Assembly (NCBI GenBank): GCA_045863395.1
Contig: BTVJ01000032.1
Coordinates: forward strand, 1-64,000
Reading direction: 5' to 3'
Length of the DNA: 64,000 bases
Source of the DNA: Myxococcales bacterium
Lineage (GTDB): Bacteria > Myxococcota_A > UBA9042 > JABWCM01 > BTVJ01
Of this stretch, positions 18,901 to 29,200 are shown in pieces. The notes beneath the pieces are model-generated. The model was not told the origin of the DNA. It worked only from the letters and a program-made list of their open reading frames with translations, and did not search any database. The translations under genes and the position numbers were made by a program. Position 1 is the first letter of the stretch, and each line of letters begins with the position of its first letter.

Positions 18901-19885
18901 GGCACTTGCGCTCCTGACTCTGGCAGCCACACTGAAGCACAGGGAACGCCCCGGCCTCGCCAAACGTGAAGTACGCGCGCCCTCCAGGGTGCCCGGCGCA
19001 GCCACGCTCGCGGCTCGACTCGTAGCTGAGGCGCGGGGGATCCAGCTCGATGGTGAGGCGACCGGCGGGGGCGCTAGGGAGCGGGGGGAGGAGCGCCCGC
19101 AGCCGCGCCCGCTCCGCCTCCAGCGCGTCGTAGATGCGCGCCCCCACGGGATCCGCGGGCCTCGCGAGCCGCGCCAGGCGCTCCCGCTCGGCGTCCTCGA
19201 CGGCCCGCCGCATGGTGGGCCGCGCGACGAGCCACTTGCAGACCGCCGCCTGGACCTCCTTCAGGTCGCGCGTCGTGGCGTTCGGCAGCGCGATGATCTC
19301 GATGACCGTCCGGGAGTCGTAGGCGGCAAACCAATGGGCGCTGCCCGCGAGGCCCAGCTCGCTGGCGATGTGGCGCACGGACCGCTCCGCCTCCTCGCTG
19401 ACCCCGGCCCAGCGCGCCCAGGCTCCCGTGGCCGCCTGGGACGTGCCCGGCAACGGTGGGGTCGGCGGAGCCGCGGCCACCACGGCGGCCCAGCGCCCGA
19501 GGAATTCTCCGTTCAAGGTCGCCCCCGCAGCACGCCGCGGCCCGAGGGCCACCGTCCCCCCATCGCGCACGATGTCGCGACCAAGCGCCTCCCACAGGAG
19601 GAGGGTCGCCGCCGCGTGGGCGCAGGGCGCCGCACCGCAGTCGCAGGCCGCGGCCAGCGCCAGGCCCGGCCGGAGCCCCACGGAGCACCGGTAGACGCGC
19701 CGATTCTGCGCCGCGACCACCCCGACGAGCCGAAACCGCTCGGTCGTGACGGTCTGCACCGCGCCATCCAGCGCCAGCCGAGCCGCAGCCGCGAGCACGG
19801 CGGCCCCCACGGAGGGCGCGAGGTCCTCCGCCAGCTCCATCAAGCGCTCCTGCACCGCCCGCATCGCCTCTTCTTTAGTCGCCAT
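15944..19885 (-). CDS. SWIM zinc finger + SNF2/SWI2 helicase
   Basis: CDC..PCAH SWIM motif; [62 protein letters not shown]. Confidence 0.92.
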   Translation of the reverse strand: [1313 protein letters not shown]

Positions 19886-19999
19886 GGGCGCAACCCATGG
19901 CACAGCGGCAGGGGCGGGGTCAATGGGAAATGCAGGTGGTCGGGGGCACACGCCGCAGGCATGAGCGCCGACCCGACCCTGAGCGACCGCCTCGCCGGA

Positions 20000-22900
20000 T
20001 CAGGGACCCTGGTCTGAAGGCCCCTCCTCGTCCGCCCCCCGTTCGTCGGGGGGCTCCCCCTCCCCCACGTCGAACGCCGAGTACCGCCCCGTCGTCGCCT
20101 GCGCCATGAGGCCCGCGGCCTCCAGCGCCTGTGTCAAGGTGAAGGGCCAGGCGAGGTCCGTGGTGCGGCACTCGATGGGGCCGCCGGGGTCGTCCAGCCT
20201 CCCCTCGAGCCATGCGTAGAGCCCCCGCCGCCCGACCCGGCGCTCGATGGCGTCCATCAGCATGTAGCCGACCTTGTACTCGTTCCAGGGGCGACCATCG
20301 TCGGGCTGCATGGTCCCGCTGAGGCGGCGGGACAGGAGAAACTGATGGTCCGCCCAGGTGGCGTGGCCTTCGATGACGAGCTTCCCCTCGAAGTACCGCT
20401 GGGCCTCCGGCGACTCGACGTGGCGCCCGCGGTCGAACAGCCCGGCCTGATGCTGCCAGTTGTGGGTGTACTCGTGGAGGATGACCTCGCAGATCCAGTC
20501 GTCGGAGGGGTGGGGGCGCACGACCACGCGGTTGTCCGTCGGGTAGTAGTAGCCCCAGACCGAGCCGGGAAAGTCGGGCGCGGCGCCCCAGGTGGCGGGA
20601 CCCACCCAGGCCGGGTCCAGCACCATCTCGGGCGCGAGCAGGCGGGTCCACTCGCCGTCCGCATACCCACCGGCCTCCGTGCCGATCATCAAGGCCCGCA
20701 GGCGCTCCAGCCGGTGGGGGGCCGCCAGGGTCGGGTCATCGTCGGCGAGGGTCCGAGCCTCGCGGAGCAGCTCCTCCGTGACGGAGGTCGGGTCCCGCCC
20801 GAGCAGCCCGCAGACCAGCTCGAAGGCCGCCCAGCGCGAGACCACGTCCGCCTCGGTGAAGGTGCGGCGGTCTCCCGCGCCCCACGCCAGGAGCGAGATG
20901 GTCCCGAGGCCGCCACAGCACGCGGCGCAGCCGTCGGCGCACGCACAGGTCGCGAGCCTCCGGGCCATCCACCACAGCAGGTCGTCGACGGCGCCGGCGT
21001 CACCGAAGACGTCCCGCTCCAGGGAGTCGGCGGCGCCCCAATCGTCCGCCCAGAGGGGGTAGATCAGGATGCGAGCGCCGGCGCCCGACACCGCGACCAC
21101 CCGGAGGGTGTCGTCGAAGAGCAGGTACTCGCGGCGAAGCCGGGCGGCCAGCAGGCGTGCCAGGCCGCGGACGCCGGCGGCGCTCCGGGCGGGATCGCCC
21201 GGGAGGTCCACCCCGCCGAGGAAGAGGTGCAGCGCTGGCGTGGACACGGTCCGGGACGGCGGCGCGTCGGCCAGCCCACTGTGGCGCATGAAGCCGTCGT
21301 CCTCCACGAGCCGCTCCGTGGTGGAGACCACGTCCCGAAGCGCTTCCGAGAGCCGGACGGGCCACCGCCCCACGGCGAGCGTCACGGACGGGTCCGCCTC
21401 GGGGGCGGCGACCGTGAGGCGCCAGGCACGGGCGGGTCGCGCGGAGACTCCACTGGCGGGGAGGAGCCCCTCCAGGGGGACCGCCGCGAGCGCGTCCGGC
21501 TCGACCACATCGGCGCGCAGCGTCGTCTCGACGCGGGCGAGGCGCCGGTCCACCTCCAGGTCGAGCTTCATGGTCTGGCTGGCGACCAGGAGCCGCCCCA
21601 CCGCGCCGGGCCGCGGTGCGGGCAGAGGCTCCCGGCGCCGCACCCGCACCGAGTTTGGCGCGTAGCGGAGCACGACGCCCGGGTGCAGATCGATGAACAC
21701 GCGCGCCGCGTCCACGTGGTCGGCGAGCCGCGGAGTGCGCGCCGCGGGACCGCCCGCCGTCTCGTCCCAGACCTCCAGGGTCTCCGCCGTCGAGCAGGAC
21801 CAGGGGACGGGCCACGCGTCGCCCGTCAGCGCCGGGTCCCGGCGCACGTAGGAAGCGACGAGGCGCGGCTCAGCGACGGTGGGGCCTGGCTCGAAGACCT
21901 GCACGAGGGCGATGCGCCCCTCGCGCACCCACCGCTCCAGAACCGGCGCCGCCACCTCCCGCGTGAACGCCGCGAGCAGCCGGTCCGCCGGGATGGGGTG
22001 CCCGCCGAAGTCGCCGAACAGCCTGCCCAGCTCGTGCAGGACCAGGTCGGCGCCCGGGGTAGGCAAGAGCGCGCTCGGCCCGCGGAGCGCGTCCGACGGG
22101 GAGCCCGGCCAGGTCCCGTCCCCCATCTCCCGCAAGGTCTCCAGGTCGTCGGGGGACGGCGTGGCGAGCAGGATCAGGGCGCCACCGTCCACCAGCGCCG
22201 CCCGGAGCGGAGCCAGGGTGGCCTCCGGGATGGGGCCCGCGCCGAGCAGGATGACCACGTCCCACTGGGCGGCCCGATCGACGGCCACGTGCGCGCTGGA
22301 GAGGAAGTCCCAGGCGAGGGAGGGCGCCACACCGGCTCCGCTGGCCACGGCCTCCACGACCTGGTCGCGCAGGCGGCTGCGGGCCTCGGGGCCGAGCAGG
22401 GGCAACGGATCCACGAGGGCCAGGCGCGGCGGCCGCTGGTCTTCCGCGTGGAGGCGGCTCCAGCAGCGCCCGATCTCGACGAGGACGGAGTGGACCTCGC
22501 CCATGTAGCTGCCCCGCGCGAACGTAGGACGCTCCGCAGCGGAGTCCACCAGCTCCATGGGCGCCATCCAGCCGACGACCGTGCTCGCGCCCACCCAGGA
22601 GAGCAGAGAGACCGTCTCCACGTGGGCCTCGCCCAGCAGGTACTTGGCGAAGGCGTCCTGGTTCTGCATGGGCGGCAGGATCAGGACCACCGTCGGGTTG
22701 GCTCCGAGGGCCGCTGCGGTGATCCGTAGCCGCGCGAGGGCCACCCGCAGGCGGAGGAGCTCGTGGCGAGGCAGGCGCTCCGGGTGGTCGACGACGACGA
22801 ACCGGAGGCGCCGCAGGAAGGCGGCCGCCGCCCCGTTGGCGTGGGCGAGGACCCCCCGGCTGAGCATCAGGGCGTCTGCGTAGAGCACGTCGACGCCCGT

Positions 22901-24025
22901 GAGCTCCACGCTCGAGGCTGCCCCGTAGAGGGCCCTGTCGCACACGTGGCCATCGAGCCCCGCCGCCGACAGCAGCCGCCGGAGGACGACCCGCGGGTGC
23001 CTCACGGCGCCGCGACCACGCAGCCGCGTGTCGGCGTCCACGCCATCGTCGGGCCCCGATGGCGTCACGCAGAACAGCGCGCCTTCCCGGTGCAGGATCG
23101 CGCCGAGGGCCACGAGGCAGGCGACCGTGGTCCGCCCCGAGCCCACGTCGCCCATGAGGATGACGTCTCGCGCGTCGCGGTGCTGGTCGGCCGCGAGCAG
23201 GGCGTCGACGGCCCGCCCCTGCCCCTCGGTGAGCGCAAGGCCTGCGGCGCGCACCACCTGGTCGAGGCGCGGCCACCTCCGTAAGAGCGCAGCGAGGGGC
23301 TCCCCGGAGGCCTCGGCGACCCGCTGCACCGCGCTGAGGTGGCGCTCCACCACGACCTGCCGCCGGTAGAGGCTCGACGCCCGGAGCAGGCGCAGGAGCT
23401 CCTCCGCCGTGGCCTGGCGGGGCGGATCCGGCACCGTGGGGGTCACCGCCGTGGCAGCGGCGGGCTCCTCCAGCACCCGCGGCAGCGGGATGAGCGTAGC
23501 GATCCCCAGCGCCCCGAAGAACAGCGCCACCCCGAACACCAAGGGCGCCGCGGCGAGCGTCACCAGGCTCGTCAAGAGGATGGGGACGCTGAGGGCGCCG
23601 GCGAGCGCGAGGGCGAAGCCGGCTAAGAGGTGCAGCAGCGCGGCTCCGGCGGTACCGTGGGACGCGCGGCGGCAGAAGCGCCCGAAGCCCGAGGTCTCGC
23701 CACGGGTGAGCGCGAGGGAGCTCGCGGCCGGGGCGGCGGCCATCCACCCGAGGCCGATGGCGAGTATGAAGAGCGCTGCGCAGAGGAATCCCGCCCACAG
23801 GATCCGCGCCCCGCGTGCGACGTCCCCCGCCTGGGACCGGGAGCCGACGAAGCCCTCGAGCGCCGCGCGCGCCCACTCGGGGAGCAGCGACGCCAGCGCC
23901 GCGTCCGCCTCCGCCAGCACGGCGACGGCGAGCAGGACCCCGATGGCCAGCGCGAACAGACCGCTGCCCACCAGCACGACCTTCGCGCGCCAGGCCCGGA
24001 CCGAGGCGTCGAGGGTGGCGCTCAT
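20000..24025 (-). CDS. Membrane-anchored degenerate SF2 (YprA/MrfA-like) helicase + DUF1998-like Zn motif + C-terminal zinc metallopeptidase
   Basis: About 4-5 hydrophobic helices at the N-terminus; Q-motif-like LTEGQ; Walker A GDVGSGRTT (K>R); motif II LRFVVVDHPE in place of DEAH; CACADGCAAC; HEYTH...IEGHA. ATGA overlap with the upstream gene. Confidence 0.7.
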   Translation of the reverse strand: MSATLDASVRAWRAKVVLVGSGLFALAIGVLLAVAVLAEADAALASLLPEWARAALEGFVGSRSQAGDVARGARILWAGFLCAALFILAIGLGWMAAAPAASSLALTRGETSGFGRFCRRASHGTAGAALLHLLAGFALALAGALSVPILLTSLVTLAAAPLVFGVALFFGALGIATLIPLPRVLEEPAAATAVTPTVPDPPRQATAEELLRLLRASSLYRRQVVVERHLSAVQRVAEASGEPLAALLRRWPRLDQVVRAAGLALTEGQGRAVDALLAADQHRDARDVILMGDVGSGRTTVACLVALGAILHREGALFCVTPSGPDDGVDADTRLRGRGAVRHPRVVLRRLLSAAGLDGHVCDRALYGAASSVELTGVDVLYADALMLSRGVLAHANGAAAAFLRRLRFVVVDHPERLPRHELLRLRVALARLRITAAALGANPTVVLILPPMQNQDAFAKYLLGEAHVETVSLLSWVGASTVVGWMAPMELVDSAAERPTFARGSYMGEVHSVLVEIGRCWSRLHAEDQRPPRLALVDPLPLLGPEARSRLRDQVVEAVASGAGVAPSLAWDFLSSAHVAVDRAAQWDVVILLGAGPIPEATLAPLRAALVDGGALILLATPSPDDLETLREMGDGTWPGSPSDALRGPSALLPTPGADLVLHELGRLFGDFGGHPIPADRLLAAFTREVAAPVLERWVREGRIALVQVFEPGPTVAEPRLVASYVRRDPALTGDAWPVPWSCSTAETLEVWDETAGGPAARTPRLADHVDAARVFIDLHPGVVLRYAPNSVRVRRREPLPAPRPGAVGRLLVASQTMKLDLEVDRRLARVETTLRADVVEPDALAAVPLEGLLPASGVSARPARAWRLTVAAPEADPSVTLAVGRWPVRLSEALRDVVSTTERLVEDDGFMRHSGLADAPPSRTVSTPALHLFLGGVDLPGDPARSAAGVRGLARLLAARLRREYLLFDDTLRVVAVSGAGARILIYPLWADDWGAADSLERDVFGDAGAVDDLLWWMARRLATCACADGCAACCGGLGTISLLAWGAGDRRTFTEADVVSRWAAFELVCGLLGRDPTSVTEELLREARTLADDDPTLAAPHRLERLRALMIGTEAGGYADGEWTRLLAPEMVLDPAWVGPATWGAAPDFPGSVWGYYYPTDNRVVVRPHPSDDWICEVILHEYTHNWQHQAGLFDRGRHVESPEAQRYFEGKLVIEGHATWADHQFLLSRRLSGTMQPDDGRPWNEYKVGYMLMDAIERRVGRRGLYAWLEGRLDDPGGPIECRTTDLAWPFTLTQALEAAGLMAQATTGRYSAFDVGEGEPPDERGADEEGPSDQGP

Positions 24026-26211
24026 AGAGCCTCCGGTGCGGGACGGGCGGCGCGGTGTCGGACCTGCACGACCAGGAGGCAGCCCGGGGAGACGGCACCC
24101 TCCAGCGGGAGGACCTCGGGAAGCTCGACGTCGCCGAGGGCCGGAGCCACCAGGACGCCTGCGATGGCGTACGTGTGGGGGGAACCACCGGGGCCCCCGG
24201 GCAGCCGGTGCGAGTCGCTCGCCCACCGGACGGCCCGCCTGGCTCTCTCGCACAACGCCGCACGAAGCACGGCGACCCGCCTGCCCTCGACCACGAGGTC
24301 CGCGAGCAGGGGCCGCACGAGCGCCAGGTGTTCGTCACGGGTGATGCGCGTGGGGGGCTCGGACAGGGTGACGCACCGGTCGAGGCGCCGGAGCCAGGCG
24401 TCCAGAGGCGGCGCGTCCGCCTCGCCGATGAGCTCTGGACCAACGGCGAGAGAGAAGCGCCCCGCCTCCTCATCGTCGTGGGCCCGCACGTGCAGGGCGG
24501 AGTCCAGCGCCAGGTGCTCCTGCTGGAGGATGCGCCGGAGCCCGGCCACCTCGGCGATCAGGCGCGAGCGGGCGTGGGCCACGTCGCGGAGCAGCGCGCC
24601 CGCGGCAGCATAGCGGACCTCATGAGCGACGGCCTCCGCGCCACGCACCAGGACCCCACCCACGGTCTCCGTGGCGTCGCGCACCCCGGGCTCCTCGACC
24701 TCCTTCGTCCAGCGCTCACCCCACTCGCGCTGCTGTGCGCCCCGGGACCGGAGCTGAAACACCCCCACCAGCGCCCCGAGGAGCGTCACGCCGCCGACGA
24801 TGGCCGCGGCCGTCCCCGCCGTCTGCACTCCGGCCACCAGGGTCCCGACCCAGGCGGCGGCGGCGAAGCCCAGGACGGCAGCGGCGACCTCCAAGCGCGC
24901 GGCGAGGCGCGTGGGGACCGTCGCCACCGCGCTCAGGACGCCACCTTCATTGCCGAGCCACGACGGCTGGAGCTGCCGCGCCGTCCGGGCGGCGTCCGGC
25001 ACCCCGAAGCGGGGCGGGGGCGGCGAGGTCGGGCGCCGGCGCCGCACGGCCTCGGCGAGCCCGTCGAGCAGCGCCAGGGCCTCGCCGATGGCCTCGCGCG
25101 GGACGCCGGCGAGCCGGATGTCCTTGTCCACGTCCTTCGCGAGCGCCCCAAAGGCGCCCGTGGCCTGCGTGACGGCCGCGGCGACCACCTGGTCGAGCAC
25201 CTGCGGGGCCCCCGCCTCCACGGACTGCGCGAGATCCTCCGTCCAGAACGCGGCGTTGTGGGGTAGCACCAGGTTGGCGGCGCCGGGATCGCGGGGGTCG
25301 TCGACGGCGGCGCCGGGGCGGAGCCACCCCCCCGACCGCCCTCGAAACGCCCGCAGCGTCTTGGTCTCCACCTCGGCGTCGAACACGGCGCCGATGGCGC
25401 GGCGGTGCGTGTCCTGGCGCGTCGCCACGGCCTTCGCGATCACCCCCATCGCGTCCTCCCCGAGGGGCTGGCTCGGGTCGGGGACGCCGCGCTTGCCCGC
25501 CAGGAGCGCAGCGATTCGCGCGCGGGCCAGGGCCTCGTGGACGGGCGCGTCGAGCAGCGCGCACGCGGCCTCCACGGCCTCGACGCCGGTGCCTGGCGCG
25601 CCGAGCAGCTTGTCCGCCTCTCCCCCGCTCGCGGAGACGGCGTGGACCGCCGCCATGGTGGCGACGAGCGAGGCGAGGCCGTGGCGCTCGAAGGTCCGCG
25701 CCCGCGCCGCCCCGTCCCGGGTCCCCTCCAAGAGCGGGATCGCGCGGCGCCCGGGCCCGGCGAACAACGAGGGCGCGGTGACCGGGGTTTCGGGCTGCTC
25801 CGTGAAGGCCCATGGAACGAGACGCAGGGTGCCCTGACCGAGGCCCGGCCCCACATGGTCGAGCCAGGCCTCGAGCGTCCGCCAGACCTCGTCCAGCTCT
25901 GCGAGCGCTCCGTCACGCTCGTCGCCAGCGCGAGGGAGCCTCAGCGCCGGTGACACGACGATGATGGCGCCCCACTCCGTGCCACGCCGCAGCGCGCGCT
26001 CCATGGCCCCAGTCAGGCGGTCGGCCAGAGGGGCCTCACCCTCGAAGGGCACCACCAGGAGCGGCTCGGGGCGCACCTCCAGCTCGCCCGCCCTGGAGAG
26101 ATCCCCGCCGATCCGGCGCGGCTCGAACGAGGCGAGCGAGACGAGCTCCTCGACGGCGCGCTGGGCGCGCTGGCCCGCGAGGCCGCGGAGTGGGATGAGG
26201 ACCAGCGCCAC
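24022..26211 (-). CDS. Hypothetical membrane protein (two central TM helices) in the tubulin-like operon
   Basis: 729 aa ORF between operon neighbours (15 bp gap upstream, ATGA overlap downstream); hydrophobic hairpin VAAAVLGFAAAAWVG..IVGGVTLLGALVGVF. Confidence 0.7.
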   Translation of the reverse strand: MALVLIPLRGLAGQRAQRAVEELVSLASFEPRRIGGDLSRAGELEVRPEPLLVVPFEGEAPLADRLTGAMERALRRGTEWGAIIVVSPALRLPRAGDERDGALAELDEVWRTLEAWLDHVGPGLGQGTLRLVPWAFTEQPETPVTAPSLFAGPGRRAIPLLEGTRDGAARARTFERHGLASLVATMAAVHAVSASGGEADKLLGAPGTGVEAVEAACALLDAPVHEALARARIAALLAGKRGVPDPSQPLGEDAMGVIAKAVATRQDTHRRAIGAVFDAEVETKTLRAFRGRSGGWLRPGAAVDDPRDPGAANLVLPHNAAFWTEDLAQSVEAGAPQVLDQVVAAAVTQATGAFGALAKDVDKDIRLAGVPREAIGEALALLDGLAEAVRRRRPTSPPPPRFGVPDAARTARQLQPSWLGNEGGVLSAVATVPTRLAARLEVAAAVLGFAAAAWVGTLVAGVQTAGTAAAIVGGVTLLGALVGVFQLRSRGAQQREWGERWTKEVEEPGVRDATETVGGVLVRGAEAVAHEVRYAAAGALLRDVAHARSRLIAEVAGLRRILQQEHLALDSALHVRAHDDEEAGRFSLAVGPELIGEADAPPLDAWLRRLDRCVTLSEPPTRITRDEHLALVRPLLADLVVEGRRVAVLRAALCERARRAVRWASDSHRLPGGPGGSPHTYAIAGVLVAPALGDVELPEVLPLEGAVSPGCLLVVQVRHRAARPAPEAL

Positions 26212-26226
26212 GGCGCCCCTCCGCGC

Positions 26227-29200
26227 TCAGCCTGCCCCGACGCGCAGCACGGCGGGGATCTCCGCGCCGGCGAGGTTCACGAGCTCCCGCGCCAGGTCGT
26301 CCATGGCGCGCGCCTGCCGGTCCAGCGCCTGGCGGTGGAGCGGGTCCACGACGGCGCTCGCTCGCTGGCGCAGAGCGGCGGCCAGATCCTGGAGCGTGTC
26401 GGCGGGGGCACCCCACCCGGCGCTGGCCGCCTGGGCCCGCAGCGATTCCCAGAGCAGCCCCCGGAGCCCGTCGCGCAGGTTGGTGGCCTCGGTCGTGCTC
26501 CCGCCGAGCCAGTCCAGGAGCTCGACCTCGCCGGCCGGACCGACCTGACCCGCGGCAAACGCCCGCCGCCCCGCAGCGGCGTCGCCCGGGATGCGCCGCG
26601 TCAAGGTCCACGGCCCGCCCTCGCTCCGCGCCAGGATCCCCTGGCCCTCTGCCAGGGCGAGCAGCGGGGCTCCCCAGTCGGTGGTGCTCCCCGTGCCGTG
26701 CAGCATGCTGCGCGCCGCCTGGGAGTACTCCCGCGTCGTGTGGGGCCAGTAGGTCTGGTCGGCGGCCGGCATGCGCTCGTAGAGGTCGTGCTCGCTCTGG
26801 AGGTTGAGATCGAAGAGGGACGCCCCGACGTGGGCCTGCGCGACGAACACCGTGCGGGGATCGATGGTGGCGCTGGCCGTCGCGTGGATGGTCGGCAGGT
26901 CGGCCCCGGCCATGTGCTGGCCATGGGCCTGGATGGCCGGCCCGATGAGGGTTGCCTCCTTCGGATAGATGACGAAGCAGTAGCGGGTCGGGACACCGCG
27001 GGCCTGCGGCCGGAGCGACCAGAACGGGGTCGCGAACGAGATCGCCTGCCCGATGCGACCGGCGAGGTACAGGTTGCGGGCCGTGAGGCGGTCCGCCTCG
27101 GCGTCCGCGAAGGTGAGGTGCCCCATGGCCGCGGCGGCCGCCCGCCCGGCGCGCCCCTCGACCTCCTGCTCCCAGGTGGTCCGCTCCTTGCGGTCGATGG
27201 CGTCCCGCTCCGCCGTCTGAATCTGCTCGAGCCGCCGGACGAGCGCGGACGCCTCTTCGAAGAGCAGGGCGTCGATGCGGGTCTCGCTGCGCAAGGTCGC
27301 GTCGGCCCGGGCCGCGATCACACCCTCCAGGGTCTCCCGGAGGCGGTTGGCCGAGTCCGAGGCCACCTGATCCAGCGGAGTGACGCCCTGTCGCCGCCAG
27401 GCGACCAGCTCCTCCTGCTCCGCGCGCGGCAGCGCGAGGAGCGCAGCCGCGAACCGCTCGCGCAGGGGCTCCGACAGGGACCGGAGCACGGCCTCCGCCG
27501 AGGTGGAGGCGCCGCTGGCCACCCGCGCGAGGAGGCGCCGCCGCGTGGTCTCGCCCCCGCCCACGGGGATCACGGGCCGCACGGCGTTGCGGCCCGTGTC
27601 CCGGGCGCCCCTGTCCGCGCCATCGAGGGCGCTGGCCTCGGTCTCGGCCACTGCCTGGAGCTGCCCGAGCAGGCGCGGCGCCCGGAGCAGGGCGCCGAGC
27701 TGATCCGCTGCGCTCCCGAGGGCCCGCAGATAGCCGATGGCCCGGTCGTAGAGGTTGGTCACGGCGCCGATCTTTGTGTCCCACAGGTGGAAGGTGAAGA
27801 AGCGCCGGGCGTCGTCCTTCACCTCGGCGCCCAACTCCACGATCTTGCCGCGGCGGAACAGCGACCAGAAGCCCTCGGCCTCCCGGCGGAGCGTCGTCAG
27901 CCGGGCCTGGAGGTCCAGGTTTCCGTCCTGCGGCCGGTTCAGCCACGCGCGCGTCTCGTGGATGGCGATGGAGTCCCGGTTGCGGGCCAGCTCGTCGCAC
28001 AGCTCCCGGATCCACACCTGGAGCACCCCGATGGCGCCGGCGTCCACGAAGCGGCCGACGCGCTGGTCGATGAGCCACCGGAGCCCGGCGTCCGCGGGGT
28101 TGTCAAGGTTGGGCGGGACCCGGCTCCACCGGCTCCGGGTGCCATCCAGCAGGGCGGCCGTCCGCGCCGCCGCGAGCCCCTTGACGTTGCGCTCCACCCA
28201 GTCGACGAGCTGCGAGGCGGCGGCGACGGCGTCGTCGGGCTTCTCCGCCCCGGCCAGGTTGCTCGTGACCCGGTCGAGCCCCTTCTTGAGGGCCTCGTCG
28301 TCGGGCCCGAACAGCTCGAAGACCTGGTTGAACTGGTTGCCGCCGTCCGGGCCCACCTCGCGCATGCGGAGCACGTGCTCCAGGAAGAAGTCCACGCTCG
28401 CGTCGACCGTCGCGGCCTCGGGGAGCAGCCGCTTGGTGCCGTCCGGCGCGACGTCGGCGAGGACCGCCCTCCACGGCCCGTCGGCGGCGGACAGCGCGGT
28501 GCCGGCGACCTGGGCACCCCACTCCGCGACCAGCCACTTGGTCAACTGCTGCGCGGGCACGGCGAGGGTGACGCCGGCGAGGCTCCCGAGGCGCCGCGGG
28601 CTCGGGCTGGCGGCCCAGGAGTCGAGGAGGCGCTGGGCGTCGTCCACGCCGGCCACCAGGTTGGCGAGCCCGTGGGCCGCCATGTGGATGAGGCTCGGGT
28701 AGTCCAGGGTCTGGCCCGCCAGGTTGCGCCCCTCCAGCAGATAGGCGCCGTGCAGGGGCGGGTCGTCGGGCGACGGCGAGAAGGACCAGGTGCCCTCCGC
28801 GGCGCGGAGGGTCCGCGGCGACCGGGGACGGACTCCCGCGGCCCCGTAGCGGTTGAACTCGTACTGGAGCTCCAGCAGGGCGCCATAGCCGTTGGCCCCC
28901 ACCCGGTCCGCGAGGCGCCCCGAGTTGCCACCCCGGGTCACCGAGCCGGCGATGAACACGCCGGTCCCGTGGACCTGGACGTTGGGCATGTGGCGCGTCA
29001 CCTCGGCCCGAGCGATGGTGGCCACGTCGAGGAAGCTCCCGCCGCAGGTGCCGTTGCCCAGGCTCCCGACGACGAACACCCGCCAGTCTCCCCCCAGGGC
29101 GCCCACGCTGCGGATGTTGAGGGCGGTCACGTCGTCGAGCATGGCGCGGACGGTCGCCGCGACGTGGTCGGCGTAGCGAAAGGCATAGTAGCGACCGAAG

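Noticed and set aside
16118..20017. Long opposite-strand ORFs (e.g. 16118-20017 +, 26335-29487 +, 705-2795 +, 10893-13088 +, 52918-54981 +)
   Set aside because: They are shadow ORFs of motif-bearing genes in high-GC DNA and show no recognisable motifs.
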